Assembly: GCA_030390025.1 (NCBI GenBank)
Contig: CM059432.1
Coordinates: forward strand, 45,696,001-45,760,000
DNA length: 64,000 nt
Direction: 5' to 3'
Source of the DNA: Squalus acanthias
Lineage: Eukaryota
Positions 34,995 to 47,164 of the stretch are shown one piece after another. Under the pieces are notes generated by a model. That model was not told where the DNA came from. It did not search any database and saw only the letters and a program-made list of their open reading frames with translations. The position numbers and the translations under genes were made by a program. Within the stretch, counting starts at the first letter, position 1. Each line of letters starts with the position of its first letter.

Positions 34995-37352
34995 AACATA
35001 AGAACATAAGAAATAGGAGCAGGAGTAGGCCAACTGGCCCCTCGAGCCTGCTCCGCCATTCAATAAGATCATGGCTGATCTGATCCTAACCGCCAATCTA
35101 CTATCACAGAACCATCTCCTGAACCTAACAGAATTGGACACAAGAAATAGGAGCAGAATCAGGCTACACGGCCCCTGGGCCCGCTACGCTACCCACAGGG
35201 CCATGACCGATCCGAACCTAGACTCATGTCCAAATTCCTGCCCGCTCCCTGTAACCCTTAATTCCCTTTACTTCTAGGAAACTGTCTATTTCTGTTTTAA
35301 ATTTATGTAATGATTTAGCTTCTACAGCTTTTTGGGGCAGCATATTCCATGGACCTACCACCCTCTGAGTGAAGTAGTTCCTTCTCATCTCAGTTTTGAA
35401 AGAGCAGCCCCTTATTCTAAGACTATGCCCCCTAGTTCTAGTTTCACCCATCATCGGGAACATCCTCCCCGCATCCACCCGATCCAACCCCTTCACAATC
35501 TTATATGTTTCAATGAGATCGCCTCTCATTCTTCTGAACTCCAATGAGTAGAGTCCCAATCTACCCAACCTCTCCTCATATGTCCATCCCCTCATCCCCG
35601 GGATTAACCGAGTAAACCTTCTTTGTACTGACTCGAGAGCAAGTATGTCTTTTCTTAAGTATGGACACCAAAACTGTATGCAGTATTCCAGGTGCGGTCT
35701 CACCAATACCCTGTACAACTGAAGCAATACCTCCCTATTTTTATATTCTATCCCCTTAGCAATGAAAGCCAACATTCCATTGGCCTTCTTAATCACTTGC
35801 TGCACCTGCATACTAACCTTTTGAGTTTCGTGCACCAGGACCCCCAGATCCCTTTGTACTTCAGTACTTTCCAGTTTCTTGCCATTTAGATAATAACTTG
35901 CTGTACTATTTTTCCTGCCAAAGTGCATAACCTCACACTTTCCAGTTTTGTATTCCATCTGCCAAATCTCTGCCCACTTACTTAGCCTGTCTATGTCCCC
36001 TTGCAGATTTTTTATGTCCTCCTCACTCACTAATTTCCCTCCCATTTTAGTATCATCTGCAAACTTTGATATGTTACACTCGGTCCCCTCCTCCAAATCG
36101 TTAATATAGATTGTAAAGAGTTGGGGACCCAGCACTGACCCCTGCGGAACACCACTAGTTACTGATTGCCAGTCTGAGAATGAACCATTTATCCCAACTC
36201 TCTGCCTTCTGTTAGATAGCCAATCCTCTATCCATGCCAGAATATTACCCCCAATCCCGTGATTTTTTATCTTAAGCAATAATCTTTTGTGTGGCACCTT
36301 GTCAAATGCCTTTTGGAAGTCTAAATACACCACATCCACTGGTTCCCCTTTATCCACCCTGTGTGTTACTTCCTCAAAGAACTCCAGCAAATTTGTCAAA
36401 CATGACTTCCCCTTCATAAAACCATGCTGACTTTGTCCTATTAAATTATGATTATCCAAATGTCCCGTTACTGTCTCCTTAATAATGGACTCCAAAATTT
36501 TACCTACCACAGATGTTAGGCTAACCGGTCTATAGTTTCCAGCCTTCTGTCTACTGCCCTTTTTAAATAAGGGTGTTACATTAGCAGTTTTCCAGTCTGC
36601 CGGGATCTTTGCTGAGTCCAGGGAGTTTTGGAAAATGATTACCAATGCATCCACAATCCCTACCGCCACTTCCCTCAAGACCCTAGGATGTAAGCCATCA
36701 GGTCCAGGTCATTTATCTGCCTTGAGTCCCATTATTTTACCGAGTACCACTTCCTTAGTGATTTTGATCGTGTTTAGCTCCTCCCCCCCTATAGCCCCCT
36801 GTTTGTCCAGTGTTAGGATATTCTTAGTGTCCTCTACTGTAAAGACTGATACAAAATATTCATTCAGTGTATTTGCCATCTCCATATTTCCCACCATTAA
36901 TTTCCCATCTCCATATTTCCCACCATTAATTTCCCGGTCTCTTCCTCCAAGGGACCAACATTTACTTTAGCCACCCTTTTTCTTCTAATATAACTATAAA
37001 AACTCTTATATCTGTTTTTATATTTTTTGCTAATTTACTTTCATAATCTATCTTCCCTTTCTTAATCAATCTTTTTGTTATTTTTTGCTGTCTTTTAAAG
37101 TTTTCCCAATCCTCTGTCCTCCCACTAGATTTGGCTACCTTGTAAGCCCTTGTTTTTAGTCGAATATTATCCTTAATTTCTTTACTTAGCCACGGATGAC
37201 TGTCTTTTCTTTTACACCCTTTTCTTCTCAGTGGAATATATATTTTTTGGAAGTTGTAAAATAACAGCTTAAATGTACACCACTGATCATGTATCGTCTT
37301 ACCCTTTAATCTATTTTCCCAATCCACTCTACTCAATTCTGCTCGCATACCT
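34995..37352 (-). mobile_element. young CR1, 5'-truncated, with an uninterrupted 484-aa RT C-terminal ORF (35224-36678)
   Basis: [47 protein letters not shown]. Confidence 0.95.
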
Positions 37353-37465
37353 TCATAGACAAGGTTTTAACGTGCAAGCTGGTAAGTGCTTTTAAAAAAA
37401 AATGTCTTCAGGTTTACTATATCTTTTTAAACGGAAATACTTGGGATAAAGCATATATTTATTAC

Positions 37466-37543
37466 CTGTACTGGTGTATTAAGTGACTTTAAGTCTCCAT
37501 TGAGTTTTTCATATGATGAGAAAAGGCCCGAGTCACAATTTCC
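37466..37543 (-). CDS. RIPK2: RIPK2 coding exon 8 (linker)
   Basis: tattatag|GGA AAT ... GTA CAG|gtaata; 78 nt, phase 0-0; GNCDSGLFSSYEKLNGDLKSLNTPVQ (SLNTPV resembles mammalian SLNIPV). Confidence 0.75.
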
Positions 37544-37919
37544 CTATAATAATAATAATAAAAATTATAATTTGAAAACAACTAAATATAGGCTCAATAA
37601 CAAAGAAAGGTCGTATAGATTTTGCCAGGTTACTAAACAAGCAGTTTGACCATACTGATAGTAGGTCAGTGAGTCAGGCTAGCATCAACGTGGGAGTTCT
37701 GCTCCCCCTACCCATATGGCGGTAAAGTCATCTATTTTTGTTTGTATTTTGTTTGCATTATATTCTTCCATCCATGCTGTGACCATTTTTCATTCAAGGT
37801 AACAGGCATGCGCCCCGCTGCTAGCTCTTAACCTACTTTACTGCAAGATGCATCAGAAAATACAACGGTTTTTGGTGAGAAGTTCACAATATTACACCAG
37901 GTCACAAGATAATTACAGA

Positions 37920-38700
37920 GGAGGAAAGCAGTTCTGCCCATCTGACTTCATCCATCCAGAAATACCCAAAGGTTTCCAGCTGCTGCAATTAATTGTTTCT
38001 TAAATGATTCCAGGGTATTTGCCTCCACTTTTCTATCTGGAAGTCTATTCCAGTATCGATCAATCTTCGTGTGAAGGAGAACTTCCCGATATCAGTCCTA
38101 AATTTGGCTTTTATCATTTTAAATCTGTATCCTCTAGTTCTACTCTTAAAATTTAGTTTAAAGTGATTTTCCAAATTTACCTTTCCTGCTCCTCTACAAA
38201 AATCAGGCACCTCCCATCAAGGGTGAAAAGCCCAAACTTTTCTAGTCTTTCTTCATAACTCAGACCTCAAACAGTTGGTGTCAACCTTGTGGCTATTCTC
38301 TGCACTACCTCCAGTACATGCATCTCAGATGATGTGAACTAAATACACTAGTCAAAGTGTGGTCTGATTAGAGCACTATACTGTTTGAATATAACTTTAT
38401 CTGAATGGTACACTGCTGGTTTGGCGATATAGCTCAACATTCTATTGGCTTTGTTCAAATCCCTCTGTTTGTCTTTGTTTCCCAAGCTCCACAGGCAAGC
38501 AAGTTGCTTCCAATGCTGGTTTGAGTTGGTTGCTTAGAGGTATGAACGAGATAACTGTCCTTCTAATTCTGTCTTCTTCCCCATATCTCACAATAAGCCT
38601 GAATTTGCCACCTCTCCACCAACCAGGAGGTTGCATGTGCATCACTTGCTGTGGTAGTGCAATGCATTGACCCAAACAAAACAAGCCGCTGACCATGTGA
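37920..38700 (-). mobile_element. old CR1 3' fragment
   Basis: RTRGYRFKM...FRTDIGKFSFTRR; heavily decayed. Confidence 0.55.
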
Positions 38701-38832
38701 TTATAGTAATAATTACACGTTGGATATAATGGTCAATGTAAAAACGAATTTATATTTACTAATCCTGGCAATTAGGGTAAAAGTCCAAACCACACTTTTT
38801 TGGCCGAAGGAAATAAATTCAAACACACTTAC

Positions 38833-38918
38833 TTTTGCTCTTTTAAGATACAAAATATCTTCAAGTAGATTCAGTTCATTAAATGCTCGAACCACTGGTT
38901 CCAATTCCATGAGGCATT
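38833..38918 (-). CDS. RIPK2: RIPK2 coding exon 7 (end of kinase domain)
   Basis: acaaag|AA TGC CTC ... GCA AAA|gtaagt; 86 nt; CLMELEPVVRAFNELNLLEDILYLKRAK. Confidence 0.93.
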
Positions 38919-40169
38919 CTTTGTAAACAAACAAGTTTTAGATTAACGGTTATTCATTTTGTCTTGAAATTTTGAAACCCTATAATTAATCCTGTTCTCC
39001 TTACTGTACAGTTTTGTAGAACATAGGGCTGGAGTTTCCACTAGGTTGCAGTGTTTCTTTCAGCGTACCCATTTAAATTTTCAATATCGTTATGAAAGTT
39101 TAATTTAATTCAATCACGGGGTGACTGATTGGACTCCCCGGCCCCATGAAATTCAAACCTGGCCAATTTCTCCCTGCTCCCTTCATATTTCGGAGGCTGC
39201 AGGCCATGCTATACTGCGGCAGGCACAAAATGTCAGCTGTGGACATTTCCTCTTTTCCAGCCCCTTCCAGTCAAAGGCAAGCAGCTCCACTTGGTGGGGG
39301 TTACCACAGTAGGCCTGCTGCAATTAGGCAAATGAAGCTGACAGCAGAAGATCCACAAAATTGAACTTTTTGGGAGGTGAGTGGGTACATAATCTGCCCA
39401 GCCCATCATGGCTGCTCTGATTGTCACCGAAAGGGTCACCGATAGTCATTTTTGTAGTACAACTATGGACTGACTCAACCCATTGCTGACAGCAGCTGAA
39501 TGGAAATTTACCTCTGCCAAAACACGTCAAGTTTCCCAAGGCTTTGGCACATCACAGGGCTGCAAACCTGCATTTCTTTTAACATGTAAAAGAACTTTTA
39601 AATACCACAGAAGGAGGAAAGTTTGAAAGTACTTCTTCTTGCAATACCATTTTTCATTCATATTGGTAACAGTGCATGACAGACTGACCAGATAACCACA
39701 AGTTCTGTAAAATCTGTGGTCTAATAGTTTTTAAAAAATATATAGGAGACTGCATTTTTCATGTAAAAACCTTTGTTAACCATTTAATCCACAATACAAA
39801 TAGAGAATGGCAATTCATACAAAATAACTTTTGTCACAGAATTTGTTTCAGTGCTAGTGCACAAATGATCGATTTCCAGAACCTACTGTAATGACAGAGT
39901 GCTCAGGAATTTCTTTACCTGACTGAATTATCTACAAGAAAGTGGCAAAAAGCATGGTTAGAATGTCAAGTCTTCAACTGATTCAAATGTAGTTCATACT
40001 CATTGCGCACGAAACATTCAAACATAACACCGCCTTAAACTATTGCAATTTTAAATCATATTTTAATGATGTCAGTTTAGAGGGAGTTGTAGACATTAAA
40101 CTGGTCTGACAAGGTGAGGTTAATAATTCAGCGATGTATATGTGATTGTATTCAAGAGAGACATTAACT

Positions 40170-41140
40170 ACAGGAGGAAGTCGCTTTTCCCTCCCAGGAG
40201 TGAGAGCAATGGGACTGGTGGTGGGTAAGGAGATTTAGATAGCGAGAGAGATGAGAAAGATATCAACAATTACTTTGCAGGTGTTAAGGCTTCACATGAT
40301 GGCAAGATTGGAGAGAGTGGCCATGGCTGGGGAATTAATATGCAGGGCAAGGTTGAGTGAGGACAGGCCAGCAGACATGTCAGAGGAGAGGAGCTGAAGG
40401 GAATTTAGCTGAAAGTTGAAATACTGAGGATGAATCATTGCTTGGTGCAAAGGATTAGGGAGGAGAACAAAGTGAGGAAATAACCTTGGGGCTTTGGAGG
40501 TTGGTGCACAATGAAGACTTTATAGGAGAGGCAGAAAGGGTGGAAGAGGAATGATATCAAAGGATCAAGGAAGAGGCCGAGAAATGATCTGGTGATGGAG
40601 CTATGCCATTATCTTGGCACCTTAGGTGGGGTATGTTGTGGAATTATTTAGCTGGGTGTAGTAGCTTTGATGTGTGGGAAAGAGTTACTGCACGTGACCC
40701 AGGTTTATGTCAGACTCAGGATGTTAACAGAGTCATCTAAGATGAGGTCATGGATGGGAAGGGCCATGCTTGCAAGGCTACCAACATTCTGGAGAATGAC
40801 AAGATGGGCCAGTGGTTGAAGATTGGCCATGCGGACAGTAGACAGGGAACAGGAAAGAGGTTAAAAAGATTAATAAAATAAGTAAGATATTCACTGAGAG
40901 AGGGAGCTGAGGCAGTTGGGGTTCTGATCTGGGAGAACTGGCCACCGGTGTGGCAATAGGAGCATGCTGGGTTTGTGCTGCAGTGCTATGGAAGTCGGTT
41001 TTGTTGAAGCGTTTGTTTCCAGTTCCTGCCAGGAAGTAGTTCCAGGCTCCAAACAAGTGACCAGTGTTCCAACTTCAGTAGGAAAATGAGAAGGGGAAGG
41101 CTGTTTAAAACCAATACAGTACCAATCCCACTGAGGAACG
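40170..41140 (-). mobile_element. old L2-like LINE fragment
   Basis: Purine-rich plus strand; minus-strand pieces such as LAGTGN and VYCP resemble decayed L2 endonuclease sequence. Confidence 0.45.
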
Positions 41141-41314
41141 TGCAATGATTGAATCAGGGAATAATTACTGTAAGTGATGAAGAATATCGGCTGGCAGTGG
41201 ATTAAGGATCCACTGCAGGAGCTTCACACATCCTATGTTGGCACCATTTTACTGCAATCACCCATTGTACAGTTATCCTTTCATTCCATAGACTGCACAT
41301 TTGTAACAACTTAC

Positions 41315-41476
41315 TAATAAAGGAAGGCCGTTCATTGGGGTCTTGAGACCAGCCACTAATCATTAGCTCAAGCAGTGTTTCGCGGTTGGGGATGTCCAAT
41401 GATAAACTCTCCTCACTGGTGTCGGGTCGTGAACCCTGTAGTACACTAAACATGACCTGCACTGGGTTTGTAGCAT
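41315..41476 (-). CDS. RIPK2: RIPK2 coding exon 6 (kinase C-lobe)
   Basis: tctcag|AT GCT ACA ... TTT ATT A|gtaag; 162 nt; ATNPVQVMFSVLQGSRPDTSEESLSLDIPNRETLLELMISGWSQDPNERPSFI. Confidence 0.95.
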
Positions 41477-41872
41477 CTGAGAAAAAGAGTTGTAGATGAG
41501 AAACTTTAACTTTTACATTCAAAATGTAAAATGTTATACAATGAAGAAATAGACAACAGATTTTTACAAAAAGGTACAAAATCAAAGCTTCCTTATAACT
41601 ATCCTGTGCCCTACACTCTTGTGGCTGTGCTGACTGGACCAAAGTAAATTATTTCATGCAGGCATTTTCATTTAAAATGATGAATAATTTCATTTAAGTG
41701 ACCTGAAAGATCGTTTTTACCAAGATACACGATTCAGCAACACAAAGCATTAAATGCTAATCAAAGTTGTTGGAAATAACTTGGGCATGACGTAATTCGA
41801 GGTTTACAATTTTTCCCATACCACAAAACACAGCCCTTTGTAATCAGGAACAAAGTTTTGAGAAGTAGAAAA

Positions 41873-42278
41873 AGACGCAAGAACAACTGCCATTTACATA
41901 GCATTTTTCACGACGTCCCAAAGCACTTCACGGCTAATGAGATTGTTTTAAAGTGTTGCACCGCTGTAATGTCGGGAACTGTGGCAGCAAATTTGCGCAC
42001 AGCAAGATCCCACAAGCAGCAATGAAATAAATGACCACATAATCTGTTATGCTAATATCGGTTGAGGGATAAATGTTGGCCCAAACACCAGGAGAACTCC
42101 CCTGCTCATCTTCAAATAGTGCGATGGGATCTTTTATGGTGGCACTTCCAACAGTGCACCACTCCCTCAGTACTGCACTGAAGTGTCAACCTAGATTATG
42201 CGCTCAAGTCTCATGGAGTGGGACTTGAACTCACAATCATCTGACTTAGAAGCGAGAATGCTACCACTGAGCCAAGTC
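41873..42278 (-). mobile_element. Deu-domain tRNA-derived SINE (SacSINE1/AmnSINE1-like) in RIPK2 intron 5
   Basis: Minus strand: A-box tggctcagtgg, B-box gagttcaagtc, Deu core gcagtactgagggagt...aaaagatcccat...gagcaggggagttctcc...tttatccctcaacc, L2-like tail. Confidence 0.85.
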
Positions 42279-42405
42279 TGACAATTAAACATGTTGATAA
42301 AAATGAAATGCGTTACCTGTTAATGGATAGATTAAAATTTATCAATTACATTTATAGAGCATAAAGTCAACACAAGATCTGAAATCAAAACCAGGTAGAA
42401 CTTAC

Positions 42406-42455
42406 CTTCAAATGGCTGTTTTCTTGAAAGGACTTCCCACATTATTATTGCATAG
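42406..42455 (-). CDS. RIPK2: RIPK2 coding exon 5
   Basis: catag|C TAT GCA ... TTT GAA G|gtaag; 50 nt; YAIIMWEVLSRKQPFE; phase fits both neighbours. Confidence 0.95.
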
Positions 42456-43024
42456 CTATGAAGGGAACAAAGTACATTTAGGCACAAATTTTATAAACTG
42501 GTAACGAACAACCACAAATGATATTTAACCTAATCATTTCGGTAGCAAGCTCTGCCTGAAGCAACTTTAAACACTCAATTACAGTGGAATATTTCTACAA
42601 ATAAATCCCTTCAGAAATGCTCTGATTCTTGGAAAATGTTAAAATAATTCAGCACATTTGAAATATTTAAATAGAGAACATGAACACAGCAAATTCCAGT
42701 CCTTGAAACAGGAAGTTCACAAGTTCTGAGTGAAAAGGATATTTCCAGTTATGAAAGGTAAGGTGTTAAGTTTGCTAGGAACATAATGAGAATTGGGCGA
42801 CTGCAATCCCCTGGAACTTGCGGATTGCCCTCGGGATTTGGATAGGAATTTCCCCTGGATTTCTCCTGTAGATTTTTTTTCTGATTTGATTGATTTGCCT
42901 CTCTAAAGAGGTTGTGCAGATGGTGAATGTGGTTGCATCATATCTGGATGGGATGGGCTCATAGGACTTTTCTCTTCCTCCTTCTCATATGATGCATGAC
43001 CTTAATTGCACTTGGTTCAATAAT

Positions 43025-43768
43025 GGCCCAAAAATTAGTGAGTGAGCCTTCGTGCGAGGGTAAGGCTTCCCCGCGATCTCTCACTGCGCGCTGGCTTTTT
43101 TATTCCCAGCTCGCACGAACTTGATGTTCTGGACAGCAGCTGTGCAGTGCTTTCGTATCCCACAGGCGCAGTTAATTCGTGCGAGCTGTGGGATCACGTG
43201 ACTCAGTTAGAGCCAATGGCAGCACACCATCTTTCATTCATAGCTTTCACAGCACGGCTGTGAAAGCTATGAATACTATACCCCCCAAAAGAACAGCTAA
43301 ACCTCAATTAATTTTTTTTTAAAAACCATCACATTAATAAAATAAGTATAGTTAAATAAATTAACCATTTTAAACAAAAAATTAAATTTTTGAAAAAATT
43401 TAAAATCTTTTAAAAAGTTATAAAAATAAACTTACCTGTCTTTAAAGTCTCTAAAAAAGATATACCTGTTAAAAAAAAATTCAAAATAATACTTAATTAA
43501 CTACTTACCTTGTTAAAAGAGGGTCTTACGCCTCCTTTCTTTATGTCTAAAATGTTCCATGCTTACCTGCGCGTTCAAAGCACTAAGTGCACTGCGTGCG
43601 CGCAGCCTGTAGCGCGCACGCGGTTCACCTAGGAACCGCCCCCTTTTGAATTCACCAAGTGCCAGTTTTCAGCGCATGCGCAGTGCATGCAGAAAACCGG
43701 CAATTGGAGACAGAATACGCGAGAGTACACAGTGCATACTCTCGCATAGCGGCACTAATTTTTGGGCC
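43025..43768. mobile_element. MITE with perfect 16-bp TIR and AAT TSD
   Basis: AAT|GGCCCAAAAATTAGTG ... CACTAATTTTTGGGCC|AAT. Confidence 0.92.
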
Positions 43769-43819
43769 AATATTTACTTCTGCCAGTGCAGTTCCCACTA
43801 ACAATAGAAGACACAAGAG

Positions 43820-44570
43820 CACCCGAAATTTATGGGGAGGCTGGGGTGTGTGTTTGCAGCCAGAAAACCCAGAAACGTGGCGGTCCTGCTGAATTTAACG
43901 GCAGGAACTCATTCGTATTTTCTTACTCCGTTTCCCGCCCGGCAGCCGGCTAGATTGAAAGGCTGGCCAGCTGCCGGGCGGTAAAGAGACCTGTACAAGG
44001 CCACATGCTGAGACCGTTGGGGTGGTCCCTGGCAACCAGGAAACATGATGGGAGGGGGTTTAGAGCGCAGCAACGAGAAGGGAGGGAGTGATCGCAGGAA
44101 GGGAGTGATGGGGCGGGGGAGGGGTGGTTGGCCGATCACAAGGAGGGAGAGATGAGGAGGGATTGTCAGTTGATCATGGGGAGGGAGAGATTGCAGTAGA
44201 AGATTTGCTTGAGGGGCTGGGGGAAGCATGCCTGCTCCTCCTGGCCCACAAGCAGTGCTGGAAAAGCACTTAACTGCTGGATCCGTCAGCTCCCGCCTCC
44301 TTTTAGCTGCCGGGTTTCCCGAGCCTTGGGAAACCCGGCCTACAGCCATTAAATTTAAATGGCTCCCGAAATCTGAGGAACGGAGCCTCATTAGCATATT
44401 ATAATTATGGACTCACCTCTCCAGAGTGGATTACTCAGATGCCCCCAAACCCGCCACAGTTAAACCGGATGTAGGCATGTTTGTGGCAAGTTGGGGGTCA
44501 GGTTTCACATATTTACCGATTTAACCTCCTCAACACTTCCCCGCCTGTCTTAGGGGAGTTAAAATCCCCG
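43820..44570. mobile_element. non-autonomous TIR element (same family as 9391-10180)
   Basis: Shared motifs cctgctcctcctggcc, gctgccgggtttcccgag, gcctcattagcatatt; terminus gttaaaatcccc. Confidence 0.6.
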
Positions 44571-44599
44571 ACCTCAAGATGGCTGGATTATGTTCCCAT

Positions 44600-44925
44600 G
44601 GAGCGAGCCTTTGGCTTAGTGGTAGCATTCCCATCTGTGAGCCAGAAGGTACACGGCCTGAACCCTGCTCCAGACAATGGAGACCCGAGCTCTGACTCTG
44701 AATTCTGGGTTGACATCCAGTGGGATACTCGCGACCGGTGGGTGTGGGTGGCCTCCTCTCATCATATGAGTCATGGGAGCCCGTTAAACCGTCCTGTCGT
44801 AAAAGACTAACCACCCTATTAGCTGGTACAAAGATAGTTACGACTATGGAAGGAGCGTTCACATCACGGCCTGTCAATCAGCTTGCGAATATGCTCTCAT
44901 ATACGATACTCCCATACTATCTTTA
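44600..44925 (+). mobile_element. tRNA-derived SINE-like element
   Basis: A-box tggcttagtgg, decayed B-box ggcctgaaccc, followed by a non-tRNA body. Confidence 0.5.
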
Positions 44926-45414
44926 AACTAAGTTGGCATGTTTAAGTACAAAATATAGAGGGGTCAGCTGGGTTTGACAACACTTGCTCAACACACGATT
45001 ATATATTGTTCTAATTTACAGATTCACTGGTACACATTTTCACAGCACTACTTTCATTCTAAGCACACCAAAAGCTACAACAGACCGGAAAGTCCTAATA
45101 TATCAACACAGCTGAAATGATAAACAATTTAAATTACATTTTTGAAAATATGCCTTTCGATACAAATGTCTCAGCTTGTCAAAGGAAACAAACTACAGTA
45201 CAGAACCCTTACAAAAATCTTAAAAACATGGACCTCATGGCACAAAATGGTGTAATTCCACTGAATTTCCATAACTGGGAGATTGCACCGTACTGTGGAA
45301 CTCACTGAACCGACATGACTCACAAATCTAAACTCCAGCTGTTTTCTCTTTTTATTTTTCCTTTCCCAGGAGGTTGCATGGCTGTGGGGGAGTGGGTGAG
45401 AGAATGGGGACAAT

Positions 45415-45505
45415 GGTGCTCACCGTTGCTCAAGGGCAACTAGGGATGGGCAATAAATTCTGGCCTTGCCAGCGATGCCAACATCCCACAAACGAATAAA
45501 AAAAT
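45415..45505 (+). mobile_element. family B LINE 3' tail only
   Basis: ctcaagggcaactagggatgggcaataaattctggccttgccagcgatgccaacatccc...gaataaaaaaa. Confidence 0.8.
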
Positions 45506-45681
45506 ATCATGGTTTCTCAAAGATATGTACAAGTGCAAACAGAATAACAACATAAACTGAACAACCAGGCACTCAACTCTTCTAATTGTTCTACTGCTGT
45601 ACTAAAACTCTCCATTCCCTAAACAGAGTGATCAAGTTGACACATTCAGATATGGCTGAATGACTCTTACACATTCTACTA

Positions 45682-46048
45682 CAGGAAACTCTTTATTAAC
45701 CGGCACCGACGGGACCGGCGTGGTGCCGGTTAATCAAAAAGTCCGGATAACGGAGAGTTATATCTCTCAACGTACAAGAGCCCCGTACACATTGACATGT
45801 GCCTGCATTCGGAGCTCCGTCTCCCCGGGGACCGCCAGCTGACCATCTGTCGTGTCCGCTGCCTACCCGGGCTGCACATTCCCCTCCCAATCTACACGCT
45901 CCGATACAAGGCAAACGCCTCGGGGTTTTTTTTTTTAAAGTTAATTTTAAACGAGAGATGAAGGAAAACCCCGGTTACCTACTCAAGAATTTTGCCGGTT
46001 AAGAGAGATTTCCGGATATTTGAGTGCCGGTTAATAAAGAGTTTCCTG
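45682..46048. mobile_element. pogo/Tigger-like MITE with perfect 25-bp TIR and TA TSD
   Basis: TA|CAGGAAACTCTTTATTAACCGGCAC ... GTGCCGGTTAATAAAGAGTTTCCTG|TA. Confidence 0.92.
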
Positions 46049-46796
46049 TATTTTGATTTCTGTGAAGATATCCTTACTTTAAAATCCTCTTAGCCAATTT
46101 ACAACCCGTGCTCAGCAGAAAGCGGTTTTAACTTTTAACTCATCGTGTGCTGGTCTCACAGACTGCGCAGAAAGAATAGCGAGGTATCCAAGTAGTGTGA
46201 ATCCTGTTCCCACACTGCCAAGCAGTAAACAGTTTGGTATTCCCCCTAGTTTAAGTTAATATTGTGTCACAGCGCCGATGAAGTCAATGGGTCACGACTT
46301 TTGCATCTTAAGTACGCCCTCGATGGCCTGAATGTAACAGGTTGGAGGCGGGATTCGATTTTCAAGATTTTAACCCCTCGCCTGACCTTTCCTTGCCCAT
46401 CGCTGGGGGGGGGGGGGGGGGGGGTGTTAAAATCGAGGCTATTGTATCTCAGACAATTCCATACATCACAAACATAAAGATCTGAAGGAAAGAAGAATAG
46501 CAGATAATATTTGCCTTCTAAAGGCACACCATGTGCCAGCAGATACCTTACAAGAAAATAAATGGTTCAGAACATAGAATACGGGGATATTAAAACAATA
46601 GTTAGACACTACATTGCAAAACTAGGCTAATATTAGGTGGGTCTGGCAAAAGATTTTTTTTTGACCTGGGAACAGAAAGGGAGTCATGTGTCAAATTTCA
46701 TTACGGGCCCTCTCATGCAAGAGATAATGATGGGAAACTATTCAAAACAATCATTTTATTTGTTCTGTAAAGTGTAAAGAAACCATCCAATTTTAC

Positions 46797-46954
46797 CTGT
46801 ACATGTCATGTTTTACATCTGCACGCTTTGCTTTGTTAGGCTCATACTGCTCTGGAGCCATGTAGATAATTGTCCCTCCTGCTGTTGGCGATTTAAGGCC
46901 TGATGATTTACTCATAGTCAAGCGGCGCCATTTTGAGAGTCCAAAGTCTGCAAT
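46797..46954 (-). CDS. RIPK2: RIPK2 coding exon 4 (DFG, activation loop, APE)
   Basis: Not in the ORF track; read by hand: atttag|ATT GCA GAC TTT GGA ... ATG TAC AG|gtaaaa; 158 nt; [53 protein letters not shown]. Confidence 0.96.
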
Positions 46955-47164
46955 CTAAATAAACAATAAAAATCCACTACTGAATTCAGCTAAACAAATA
47001 TATTCAAACTTTAATGACAAAATAAATCAATCTTCTGTTTGAACAGTATGAGATCACATTGTTACCTTGTGACTTTAGAGTGCAGGCACATCAGAATGTC
47101 TGAATATCCTAAAAGGGATTTGAAGGAATTAAAACAGCTATTTGATTGGATTTAAAATAAAATA

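Noticed and set aside
34369..37352. Single CR1 with a twin-priming 5' inversion
   Set aside because: The inverted segment duplicates the 3' end including the tail, whereas twin priming inverts non-overlapping 5' sequence.
42200..42278. tRNA gene (also considered near 44600 and 55760)
   Set aside because: A and B boxes are present but there is no full cloverleaf, and each continues into a SINE body.
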